DNA of 64,000 nt from Anaeramoeba ignava BMAN (Eukaryota > Protista > Anaeramoebae), in assembly GCA_028826165.1 (NCBI GenBank), contig JAPDFW010000011.1:62001-126000 (forward strand). Reading direction: 5' to 3'. The notes beneath the pieces were generated by a model, which saw only the letters and a list, made by a program, of their open reading frames with translations, was not told where the DNA came from and made no database searches. Positions 1-11,117 of the stretch are shown in pieces. The position numbers and the translations under genes were made by a program. How positions within the stretch are numbered: the first letter of the stretch is position 1; every line of letters starts with the position of its first letter.

Positions 1-146
1 TAAAAAAATAAAATAAAAATAAAAATAAAAATAATTATTAATTTTTTTTAATTTATTACTAATTATTTAATTTTTTTTAATAATCTAAAAAAAAAATAAA
101 AAACAAAAAAAAAATTTCAATTTTTTTCTTTCAAATTTTAATTTAA

Positions 147-3100
147 ATGTCCCAAAACAATAATAACAATAATAATAATAAAGATAAACCACATAATAAT
201 TCACAAAAACCTAATAAAGATGAACCAACAATTCAAACTCAAATCATACAAAAGAATGAAAATGAAAAACCAAATGAAAATTTAAATGAAAATATTTCAA
301 ATCCAAATGAAAATCAAAATGAAAAAGAAATTCAAATTGAAAATGATGGAGATGAAGATGAATTTCAAACTTTAGAAAATGAAAATGAAAAAGAAAATGA
401 AAATGAAAAAGAAAAAGAAAAAGAACCAAAAAAACAAACAAAAAGAGAAATAAAAAGAGAAGAAAAAGAAGTAACCTCATTTAGAAGAAAGAAATTTTCT
501 AAAAGAAGATATTTCTTTAGAAAAAGATCTCCTGAACTTTTTGAGTTATTTTCAAGTAAAAATTAACTTTATATAACCCCTTTTTTTTTGGAGTTTAAAA
601 ATCTCCAATATTTGCGATTTTTTAGGTTTTATTGGTGGCAAATTTAATAATAATAAAATAATAATAAAATAATAATAAAATAAAATAATAATTTTAATAA
701 TAAAATAATAATAATAATTTTAATAATAATTTTAATAATAAAATAATAATAATAAAATAATAATAAAATAATAAAATAATAATAATAATTTTAATAATAA
801 TTTTAATAATAATAATTTTAATAATAATAATTTTAATAATAATTTTAATAATAATTTTAATAATAATTTTAATAATAATTTTAATAATAATTTTAATAAT
901 AAAATAATAATAAAATAATAATAAAATAAATAATAATAATTTTAATAATAATTTTAATAATAAAAATAATAATAAAATAATAATAAAAATAAAAAATAAT
1001 AATAATAAAATAATAATAATAAAAATAATAATAATTTTAATAATAATTTTAATAATAATAAAATAATAATAATAATAAAATAATAATAATTTTAATAATA
1101 ATAATAATTTTAATAATAATAATTTTAATAATAAAATAAAATAATAATAATTTTAATAATAATTTTAATAATAATAAAATAATAATTTTAATAATAATAA
1201 TAATAAAATTTTAATAATTTTAATAATAATAAAATAAAATAATAATTTTAATAGTAATAATTTTAATAATAAAATAATAATAATAAAATAATAATAAAAT
1301 AATAATAAAATAATAATAATTTTAATAATAATTTTAATAATAATAATAATAATAAAATAATAATAATAAAATAATAATAAAATAAAATAATAATTTTAAT
1401 AATAATTTTAATAATAATTTTAATAATAATTTTAATAATAATTTTAATAATTTTTAAAGTGTGTGAGAAATTCCCTAAAAAGGTCCGAATCCCAAGACTT
1501 GGAATTAAAAAACATGAAATTGAAAAAACAGCATTTGATTTAAAAGTATGGGATAGAATTAAAGGATCTAAAAATTCAGGAGGATGGGTTTACCAAAATG
1601 TAGAAGAAGTGAAAAAACAAAGAGGGTAAACTAATTTCAAATTAATTTAAAATTGTTTTCATTTATTTATATTTTTATATTGAATTTAAATTAAAAAAAT
1701 ATTATTAGGATTGTTTGGCAAATTGTTAAGAATATTGCTTCTAATTTAGTCAGTAAAGAAAGTGATTTGGAATATTTTTCACTTCCAGTTTCTGTATTTG
1801 AGCCAAGAAGTTATTTGGAAAGATTACTTGATTCTTATTGCTATGCTCCTATTTTTTTGAATTTAGCTGCAGAAGAAAAAAAACCAGTTGAAAGAATGAA
1901 ATTAGTTATTTGCATGATATTAGCAGGATTACATAATACAATTATCCAATTAAAAGTATAAAATTAAAATTAAAATTTAAAATTAAAATTAAAATTAATA
2001 TTAAAATTAAAATTAATATCAAAATTAAAATTAAAATTAAAATTAAAATTAAAATTTAAATTAAAATTAAAAATTAAAATTAAAATTAAAATTAATATTA
2101 AAATTAAAATTAAAATTAAAATTAAAATTAAAATTAAAATTAAAATTAAAATTAAAATTAAAATTAAAATTAAAATTAAAATTAAAATTAAAATTAAAAT
2201 TAAAATTAAAATTAAAATTAAAATTAAAATTAAAATTAAAATTAAAATTAAAATTAAAATTAAAATTAAAATTAAAATTCAAAATTAATATTAATATTAA
2301 TATTAATATTAATATTAAAATTTAAATTTAAATTATTTATAAAAGCCTTTTAATCCAATTCTTGGAGAAACATTTCAAGGATTATTTCCAGATGGAACCA
2401 AAATATATTGTGAACAAATTTCTCATCATCCACCAATTTCTTCATGGCAATTAATAAGTATTGAAAATCAATTTCATCTTTATGGAAAAGGAAAATTTGT
2501 TTCTACTTTTAAAGGAATGTCAATATTGGGATATCAAAAAGGAGTAATAACTGTAGAATTTAGAAATAATGAAAAGATTGAATTTACAACCCCAAGTCTT
2601 TCATTAAAGGGTTTAGCTTTTGGAGAAAGAATTGTACATTATGTAGGAAAGAGTACTTTTGTAGATAAAAAAAATGGACTTCAGTAATTAATAAAATCAA
2701 AATTAATATCAAAATTAAAATTAAAATTAAAATTAAAATTAAAATTAAAATTAAAATTAAAATTAAAATTAAAATTAAAATTAAAATTAAAATTAAAATT
2801 AAAATTAAAATTAAAATTAAAATTAAAATTAAAATTAAAATTAAAATTAAAATTATAATTAAAATTAAAATTAAAATTAAAATTAAAATTAAAATTAAAA
2901 TTAAAATTAAAATTAAAATTAAAATTAAAATTAAAATTAAAATTAAAATTAAAATTAAAATTAAAATTAAAATTAAAATTAAAATTAAAATTAAAATTAA
3001 AATTAAAATTAAAATTAAAATTAAAAATTAAAATTAAAATTAAAATTAAAATTAAAATTAAAATTAAAATTAAAATTAAAATTAAAATTAAAATTAAAAT

Positions 3101-3960
3101 TAAAATTAAAATTAAAATTAAAATTAAATTTTATTCTTTAAAGATGTGAAATTAACTTTACTCCACATTCATCTGGATTTTTTAAGAGCATTTTTGGAAA
3201 AGGAAATAAAAAACCTACAGATTTTTTTGAAGGAGATATCATTAAAACAACTAAATCAACAAAAGATAATCAAGAAATTGAAACAACAGAGAAATTATGC
3301 CATATTCAAGGAAGTTGGCTTGGAAAGATTGATTTTGATGATCAAACGTATCAATATTTATAAATTTATAAATTTATAACTTCAAAATTGGAAAATTTAA
3401 ATTCAAAAAAAAACTTTTCAAAATAAATTTTAAATTTAAAAAAATAAAGCTATTTTTCAGTAAATGATAAATTTCCAAAATTTAAACCAATCCCAGTTGA
3501 TAAACCATTACCATCAGATTCACGTTATAGAGATGATTTAATTGCATTAAAAAAACAAAATTTAAAAGAAGCAGCAAAATATCAATATAAATATTTAAAA
3601 TATAAATATAAATATAAATATAAATATAAATATAAATATAAATATAAATATAAATATAAATATAAATATAAATATAAATATAAATATAAATATAAATATA
3701 AATATAAATACAAATATAATTATCAATATAAATATTTATTTCCTTGACATTTTTTATCTACAGCTAAGCATAAATTAGAAGAAATCCAAAGAAGAGACCG
3801 AAAATTAAGAAGAGAATATCATCCAAATGATTCTCAAAAAGAAATTCAAGCAATAGTTATTGATCATCCAACTGAAGAGAATTATGAAGAATTAGAAAAA
3901 GAAGCAATGAAATATGTTAAAGAGGAAGATAAAAAAAAGAAACAAAACAAAAAGAAATAA
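147..3960 (+). CDS. Oxysterol-binding protein-related (OSBP/ORP) lipid transfer protein, 7 exons
   Basis: Exons 147-555, 1460-1625, 1709-1955, 2346-2683, 3144-3347, 3450-3578, 3762-3960 join in phase. ORD motifs present: SLPVSVFEPRSYLERL, KPFNPILGETF, EQISHHPP, LPSDSRYRDDL, EAAKAKHKLEEIQR. Confidence 0.92.
556..1459 (+). repeat. Intron filled with degenerate (AAT)n/AATTTT microsatellite
   Basis: GT...AAG intron; about 645-1455 is aataat/aatttt/aaaat units. Confidence 0.9.
1956..3143 (+). repeat. Two introns (1956-2345, 2684-3143) filled with (AAAATT)n
   Basis: Near-perfect hexamer arrays flank exon 2346-2683. Confidence 0.9.
3579..3761 (+). other. AT-AC (U12-type-like) intron in the OSBP gene
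   Basis: Starts ATATCAAT, carries branch-point TTTCCTTGAC at 3739-3748 and ends TCTAC. It has an in-frame TGA if retained and no GT in the interval. Removal restores E-A-x3-K-x2-L-E-E-x-Q-R spacing. Confidence 0.85.
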
Positions 3961-4159
3961 ATCAATTAATCAAAAAGAAAAATCAAAAAGAAAATTCAAA
4001 AATTTTAATCAATTTTAATCAATTTTAATCAATTCCATTTTCATTCTTAAAAAGAAAAATTCTTTAACAAATGAAAGAAAAGAATAACAAAAATAACAAT
4101 AAATTTTTTTTTTTAAAACAAAAAACAATAAAAACACAAAAAAAACTTTTTCAATTTGA

Positions 4160-4212
4160 AATTCATTTTTTTCATTTTTTTTCATTTTTTTCATTTTTTT
4201 TCATTTAAATAA
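4160..4212 (+). promoter_or_regulatory. Tandem TCATTTTT putative initiator (Inr) elements
   Basis: Five TCATTT copies lie directly upstream of ATG 4213; the same motif occurs upstream of most start codons in the window. Confidence 0.5.
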
Positions 4213-7200
4213 ATGTCAACTGAAAAAGATCAAGTATTTTTAATTTATAATTTTTAATTTTTTAAATTCAAATTCATTCCTTAAAAAAATTTTTTTTTCT
4301 TTAAAGAATTTAAAAAATGAAGTAAAAAATTTTATGAATTCAATTGGAATAAATCAAAAATCAAAATCAGAAACAAAAAAACCAAGAAACAACAACATAA
4401 AAAACAACAACAGCAGAAACAGAAACAGACAAAAAAAAGAAATGAATCAAAAACAAGAAAAAACGATAATAATGGAAAAATTAGTAAAAGAAATTTGAAT
4501 TGAATTAAATTAAATTTGAATTAAATTTGAATTAAAATTAAAAATCTTTTTTAATTTAATTTAGCAAGAAGGAAATCGATGGAATACAATTTGGAAACTA
4601 CTTCTTGTTCTTCCAGAAAAAACAGAACAAGAAGAAAATGATGAAAATAAAGAAAATAATATAAATTTAGAAAAAGTCAATGAATTAAAAAATCAAGCAA
4701 AAGAATTACTTGAAAAAGAAATTGAAAAACAAAAAAAATGTAAATTAAATTTATAATTAAAATTAAAATTAAAATTAAAATTAAAGGATGAACTTTGGAA
4801 AATAATCATTTGAATAATTTTAGATACAAAAACTGGAGATGGAAAATGGCTTCATTCTATTATGAAAAAAGGAACACTTTCTGATAGATATGCCGCAATG
4901 TCTCTTTATATTCAACAAAATCCTATTCATTCAATTCATACTCTTCAGCAAATGATTTCTCACTCTCTGAATAAGGAAAGAAGAGAGAAAGATATTGCAA
5001 TTATTTATCTTAGAGACTTGTTCCTGTTGATTTTGTTACCCGATGAGAAGCTTACTTTTTTTGAAGACCAGCCGTTAAAGCATTTAATAAATCAAAGAGA
5101 GGATATTTTAAAAATCCAAAAAATTCCAAGAAGAAAAAAGCTTCAAGACGAAGAGAAATTGCAAAATAAATTGGATGAACTTGATTCTGTTTTAATTCTT
5201 TGGATATTTGAAGATGCTCTCAAAAGATGCTATCAAGAATATCTTCAAGCTTTGGAGGTTTGATTAAAAAAATTAAAATTAAAATTTAAAATTAAATTTA
5301 AAATTAATTTTTGCGAAATAGAAAATATCTCATGATACAGTTGAGCATTTCAAAAAATCAGCAATTAAAACAATTTTTGATTTATTAGTGGCAAAACCAG
5401 AAAAAGAAGATCTTTTACTTTGTTTACTAGTTAATAAATTGGTGTGTGATTTATTGATTGATTTATTGATTAATTAATTAATTAAATATTTTAAACAAGA
5501 ATTTTTTAAAATTTAAAATTCAAAATTCAAAATTATTATTGTTAGGGAGATACAAACAGAAAAATATGTTCAACAGTGGGTATTTTATTAAAAAAATTAA
5601 TCAAAAAGCATCAAGGAATGAAAAGTTTTGTAATTCAAGAAGTTCACAATTTAATATTCAAACCAAATGTTCCAGAAAGAGCGCAGTAAATAACATTTTA
5701 TATTGAAAAGATTTTATATTGAAAAAATTATTTAAATTTATTTAAAATTATTAAAGATATTTTGGGGTTGTTTGTTTAAGTCAGATTGATCTGAAATCTT
5801 ATGAAGAAGAACTTGCAAATAAAATGGTAGAATCTTTTCTTTTATTATTTAAATCACTAATAGCAAAAAAAGAATTGGAAACAAGAATGCTTAGCGCAAT
5901 ATTAACAGGAATTAACAAAGCATTCGAATTTACTGATTTTGAAGATGAAATGTATATTTAACAAAAAAAGGATTTGAAAAAAAACAAAATGTTTTTAAAT
6001 TAAATTAAATTAAATTAAATTAAATTAAAAAAAGATATAAAGAACATATGAATACTCTCTTCAAAATTACTCATGTTCCAAATTTTAACATTAAAATTCA
6101 AGCACTGATCCTCATTTCTCATGTTGTTTCAAGAAAATCTGTAAATCATAACAACACATTGTTTTAAAAAAAAAAAGAAATTTATTTTGATTTATAAATA
6201 TTTTAGGAATCAACTGATAGATTTTATAGAACTTTATATGAAGCATTATTAGCACCAGAATTAAACACATCAAGCAAACACACATTATTTTTAAATCTTC
6301 TTTATAAATCACTTAAAAATGATACTTCTTTCCCACGTATTTCTGCTTTTGTGAAGCGATTACTTCAATCTTGTTGTCACAAATCACCATCATTTATTTG
6401 TGGAGCATTGTTTTTAATTTCGGAAATTGCGAAATTACAACCAAGATTAAAAGGTTTAATTACTTCTCCTGAAAATGAATCTTTTCACGAAGAAAAATTC
6501 CAAGATGTGGATAAATTTGAATCAAATCAAGAAAACGAAGAAGAAAACAAGAAAAATATAATAGGATATGATCCAATCAAACATAATCCTTTATATGTAA
6601 AAGCAGAACTAACATCTATTTGGGAATTAGTAAATTTTATATACACACAAAAAAATATAATTATAAATATAAATAGAAAGATATTAATATTTTTTGCTAA
6701 AATTTAGACAATATTCCAAAAACATTATCATCCTTCAGTTCGTGCTTTTGCTCAAACTCTTTTGGATGGAAAGGAAATTCGATATAAAGGCGATCCTCTT
6801 GTTGATTTTAAATTAATTACATTTTTGGATAGATTGGCTTTTAAAAAACCGAAAAAACCGAAAAATGCCAAAAATGATGAAGAGCAAGAAAATCAAAATC
6901 AAAATCAAAATCAAAATCAAAATCAAAAATTTCAGATCCAAAAATTTTAGATCCAAAAATTTTAGTTGAAAAGAAAAAAGAAGAAGTTCCATCAAATGAT
7001 TTATTTTTATATCATTATTTGAAACAAAAAAAAGAAAGAGATCTTCAAATTCAAATGAAGAGAGAAAAAAATAAGAAGAGGAAAAAAGAATTAGAAGATG
7101 ATTTAGATATTGAATCAGATTTAGAATCAGATTTAGAATCAGATATTGAATCAGATATTGAATCAGATTTAGATTTAGAAAAGAAAACAAATATTGATTT

Positions 7201-7522
7201 TTTAAAAAAAGATAAAATGAATCAATTTGATGATCATTTAGATGAATTGAATTCAAGTGATTCAGAGAATTTTTCTTTGAATGAACAAGAAGAAATTCAA
7301 AGTTCATCAAAATCAATTTATGCTCCTTTAGAAGATTATCATAGAATTGTTGAAGATGTTAAAAAAAATCCAAAAAATATTAAGAAATATCGAAATCAAA
7401 CATTTAAAACAATACAACCAATAAAACAACCAATAAAACAACCAATAAAACAAACAAGAAAACAACCAATAAAACAACCAATAAAACAACAAAGAAAAGG
7501 AAGAAATAAGAATAAAAATTAA
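4213..7522 (+). CDS. CEBPZ: CBF/Mak21 (CEBPZ/Noc1) 60S ribosome biogenesis factor, about 10 exons
   Basis: Motifs KGTLSDRYAAM, LVNKLGD, DRFYRTLY, LFLNLLYKSL, HYHPSVRAFA, YKGDPLVDFKLITFLDR and an acidic tail; GT-AG introns. One apparent indel in an A-run near 6925. Confidence 0.88.
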
Positions 7523-7831
7523 AATAAAAATTAAACTAAAATTAAAATAAATTAAAATAAAAATTAAAATTAAAACTAAAACAGAAATTAGAAATTTAAA
7601 TAAAAATAAAAATTAAAATTAAAGGAAATTTGGTTTTTAATTTTGGAAATTAAAATTGAATTAAAATTGAATTAAAATTAAAATTGAATTAAAATCGAAT
7701 TAAAATTGAATTAAAATTAAAATTAAAATTAAAATTAAAATTAAAAATTGAATTAAAATTAAAATTAAAATTGAATTAAAATTGAATTAAAATTGAATTA
7801 AAATTAAAATTGGATTGAATTAAAATGGAAT

Positions 7832-9586
7832 TTAATTGTGTGATTCAGCCTTCTTTAAAGATTTCCCAAAAACTTGAAGATCAATTACTTTATGTCGATT
7901 TTGAGAATAAAACTCAGCCATCCTGTTTTTGGTTGATTGTTTTTCTGCAGGATTCTCATTAGAAGTTTCTTCTGCCCATTTATCCCAAAAACGGTATCCA
8001 GAAGGGAAGCTAGACATTGGTGTTCCATCATTATGTAGAAGAGAAATAGGCAAGTATTCAGAACCCCAATTAGTTGTGCAAACCTTAAGATTACTGGAAA
8101 TACCAAAATCGTAATCACCAAAAATAGGGCCATAAGTTCGAGAATAAAGAAGAGCTTGAGGATTGCCTTTGTTATGTTCTCTTTGAACAAGTCTGAGAAA
8201 GCAAAAGTCTTTGAGAGAGCCTGATTTGAGTCTTGTTTTTTGCTTTTTGATAATTTTTGTGTTTTGACTATCTTTAGTTCCTGTCCGAAGTTTGGTGTAG
8301 AGAATCGCAATGAATGAGTTTGTATCATTAATTCGGAAAGTATTCTCATCGTTGAAATAGTCAGATGTTGAATACGCAAATATAGTGTCATCATTCTCTG
8401 TTGTGACAACAACGAACCAGCTTCCTTCGATGTTTTTGCATCTTTCATGAAGCTCGCTAATTGACCAACCATGTAAACTTGTTGAAAATGCCAGTTTGTA
8501 ATTGCCAAAGTTTTCTTTGACTTGGAAAATATTATTCTTTGAAAGCTCTTCCAGAACCTCATCCAAATATTTGTAGTTATAGATTTTTTCTTTGCTTGGG
8601 TTTGATTTGGGTGTGAATTTTATTTCAGGATCAAATTTTCGAGATTCAAAATTAAAATCTGTTCTTTTTTTCTTAATTTCATCCATTATGTCGGTTTGTC
8701 TTTTCTTTTGCTTATCGTTTTCTTCCTTATTTCCCGATTGTGTTGAGATCCAGGGAAGAAGATTGAGCGCATTCGAGTATTTCTCAAAATCTTGAATTTC
8801 ATCTTTGATAAAGTCAAAATTAAAAGAACGAAGAACTTCAAGTTCGTTTTTTGACATCAAACCAAAACGGATTTTTTTATAGTACTTTTTGAGGAATTCA
8901 TAAGCCTTTTCTGGTACAATTCGTGTGCGTTTTCTTGAAATGTTTTTATACGGTTTTCCGTTTTTGTCTGATTTACAAATGGAAAAATTAACAAGAAGCA
9001 AAAGAAGATCTGACTCTGAATTTAGATTCAAGTTGTCGCTTTCAAAGATGTGAGCAATAATATCCTCGCCAAGTTTATAAATTTGTTTGCGATTATTATA
9101 GATCAAATGAGACAAATTATTCTGGAGAAAAGTCATCAAAGCTGGGAAAAGCACTTCGTTTTTTTTAACCCAACTATTTTGGAGATATTCAAGTACGTTT
9201 TCTGTTGTGAGTGATTCTTGGATAAAATCTTCGCACCAAAACTCCAGTTGTTGATTGTTTTCTAGTATTTCGATCGCCCTTATAATTTCCTCAATATTCT
9301 CTTCCGTTATTTCAATTTCTCCTGTGTAAATGTAGTTGATTATATCATCTCCTGTTTTTCGTGATATTTTACTTAAATCTATTTTGATTTCATCGTTTGA
9401 TTTTTCGTCTGCGTTGTTAATAAGCTCAGGACACTGAAAACGTAAGAATTCTTTGTGAATTTTTACTTCTGTTTCTTTTTTTTCTCCTTCTTTGAGTTTT
9501 ACTATTACTGTTGGATTGCCTAAACTTCTTTCACGAATTGAACGGAAATCATTTGCAAGATCAATTAAATTAATTTGGCTTTGCAT
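7832..9586 (-). CDS. BTB/POZ-BACK-TLDc domain protein, copy 1 (intronless)
   Basis: BTB (IHKEFLRFQCP...IINYIYTGEIEIT), BACK-like (LNLNSESDLL, IRFGLMS) and TLDc (LAFSTSLHGWSISELHERC, YGPIFG). Confidence 0.85.
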   Translation of the reverse strand: MQSQINLIDLANDFRSIRERSLGNPTVIVKLKEGEKKETEVKIHKEFLRFQCPELINNADEKSNDEIKIDLSKISRKTGDDIINYIYTGEIEITEENIEEIIRAIEILENNQQLEFWCEDFIQESLTTENVLEYLQNSWVKKNEVLFPALMTFLQNNLSHLIYNNRKQIYKLGEDIIAHIFESDNLNLNSESDLLLLLVNFSICKSDKNGKPYKNISRKRTRIVPEKAYEFLKKYYKKIRFGLMSKNELEVLRSFNFDFIKDEIQDFEKYSNALNLLPWISTQSGNKEENDKQKKRQTDIMDEIKKKRTDFNFESRKFDPEIKFTPKSNPSKEKIYNYKYLDEVLEELSKNNIFQVKENFGNYKLAFSTSLHGWSISELHERCKNIEGSWFVVVTTENDDTIFAYSTSDYFNDENTFRINDTNSFIAILYTKLRTGTKDSQNTKIIKKQKTRLKSGSLKDFCFLRLVQREHNKGNPQALLYSRTYGPIFGDYDFGISSNLKVCTTNWGSEYLPISLLHNDGTPMSSFPSGYRFWDKWAEETSNENPAEKQSTKNRMAEFYSQNRHKVIDLQVFGKSLKKAESHN

Positions 9587-9737
9587 TTGTTTTGTAAAAA
9601 AAAATGAATTTTTATTTTTCCTTTTTTTTTTCCTTTTTTTTTTCTTCTTTTTTTTTAATTATTTTTCTTCTTTTTTTTTTTCATTTTTTTTTTCATTTTT
9701 TAAAATAATAATAAAAAATAATTATTAAAATAAGAAA

Positions 9738-10808
9738 ATGACACAAAATCCTTATAATTCTAATAATTCCAATAATTTTGGTAAAATTTAAAATTTAAAA
9801 TTAAAATTAAAATTAAATTTAAAATTAAAAACATAAAAATTTAAAACATAAAAAGGAAATTTCTCTCAACAAAGTTTTCAAACAAGTAAAGTTTATTATT
9901 ATTATTATTCTTATTATTTTTATTTATATTATTTTTATTTTTATTCTTCAATTAAATTTTTGTTTTGGATTAAATTACTTTTATATAGACCAAACAATTC
10001 CTCAAAATTTAGCAGGTTAATTTTATTTTTATTAAATAAATTCAAAATTAAACTTAAAATTAAAATTAAAAAATTTTAGATCCAAAAATTTTAGTTGAAA
10101 AGAAAAAAGAAGAAGTTCCATCAAATGATTTATTTTTATATCATTATTTGAAACAAAAAAAAAGAAAGAGATCTTCAAATTCAAATGAAGAGAGAAAAAA
10201 ATAAGAAGAGGAAAAAAGAATTAGAAGATTATTTAGATTTAGATTTAGATTTAGATTCAGATTTAGAATCAGATATTGAATCAGATTTAGAATCAGATTT
10301 AGAATCAGATTTAGATTCAGATTTAGATTCAGATTTAGATTCAGATTTAGATTCAGATTTAGATTCAGATTTAGATTCAGATATTGAATCAGATTTAGAT
10401 TCAGATTTAGATTTAGATTTAGATTTAGATATTGAATCAGATTTAGATTCAGATTTAGAATCAGATATTGAATCAGATTTAGATTTAGAAAAGAAAACAA
10501 ATATTGATTTTTTAAAAAAAGATAAAATGAATCAATTTGATGATCATTTAGATGAATTGAATTCAAGTGATTCAGAGAATTTTTCTTTGAATGAACAAGA
10601 AGAAATTCAAAGTTCATCAAAATCAATTTATGCTCCTTTAGAAGATTATCATAGAATTGTTGAAGATGTTAAAAAAAATCCAAAAAATATTAAGAAATAT
10701 CGAAATCAAACATTTAAAACAATACAACCAATAAAACAACCAATAAAACAAACAAGAAAACAACCAATAAAACAACAAAGAAAAGGAAGAAATAAGAATA
10801 AAAATTAA
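9738..10808 (+). pseudogene. Chimeric locus at the duplication junction: USP 5' micro-exons + CEBPZ C-terminal exon fragment
   Basis: Exons 9738-9780, 9856-9885 and 9989-10015 are followed by a TTTTAG acceptor at 10079 in matching phase into DPKILVEKK...; one extra A in a homopolymer near 10155. Confidence 0.6.
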
Positions 10809-11117
10809 AATTAAAATTAAAATTAAAATTAAAATTAAAACTAAAACTAAAACAGAAATTAGAAATTTAAATAAAAATAAAAATTAAAATTAAAGGAAAT
10901 TTGGTTTTTAATTTTGGAAATTAAAATTGAATTAAAATTGAATTAAAATTGAATTAAAATTAAAATTAAAATTAAAATTGAATTAAAATTAAAATTGAAT
11001 TAAAATTAAAATTGAATTAAAATTAAAATTAAAATTGAATTAAAATTGAATTAAAATTGAATTAAAATTGAATTAAAATTGAATTAAAATTAAAATTGGA
11101 TTGAATTAAAATGGAAT

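Noticed and set aside
2684-3143. (TTAAAA)n as a telomeric repeat
   Set aside because: It is internal to GT-AG introns, has no G-rich strand and is one of many microsatellite types here.
4234-4306. CEBPZ intron 1 (GTATTTTT...TTCCTTAAA) as a second U12 intron
   Set aside because: The branch-like motif is imperfect and about 25 nt from the acceptor, and the donor lacks the C at +5.
7885-8562. Overlapping alternative-frame ORFs in both BTB-TLDc genes
   Set aside because: They have no recognisable motifs, and their recurrence follows trivially from the recent duplication.
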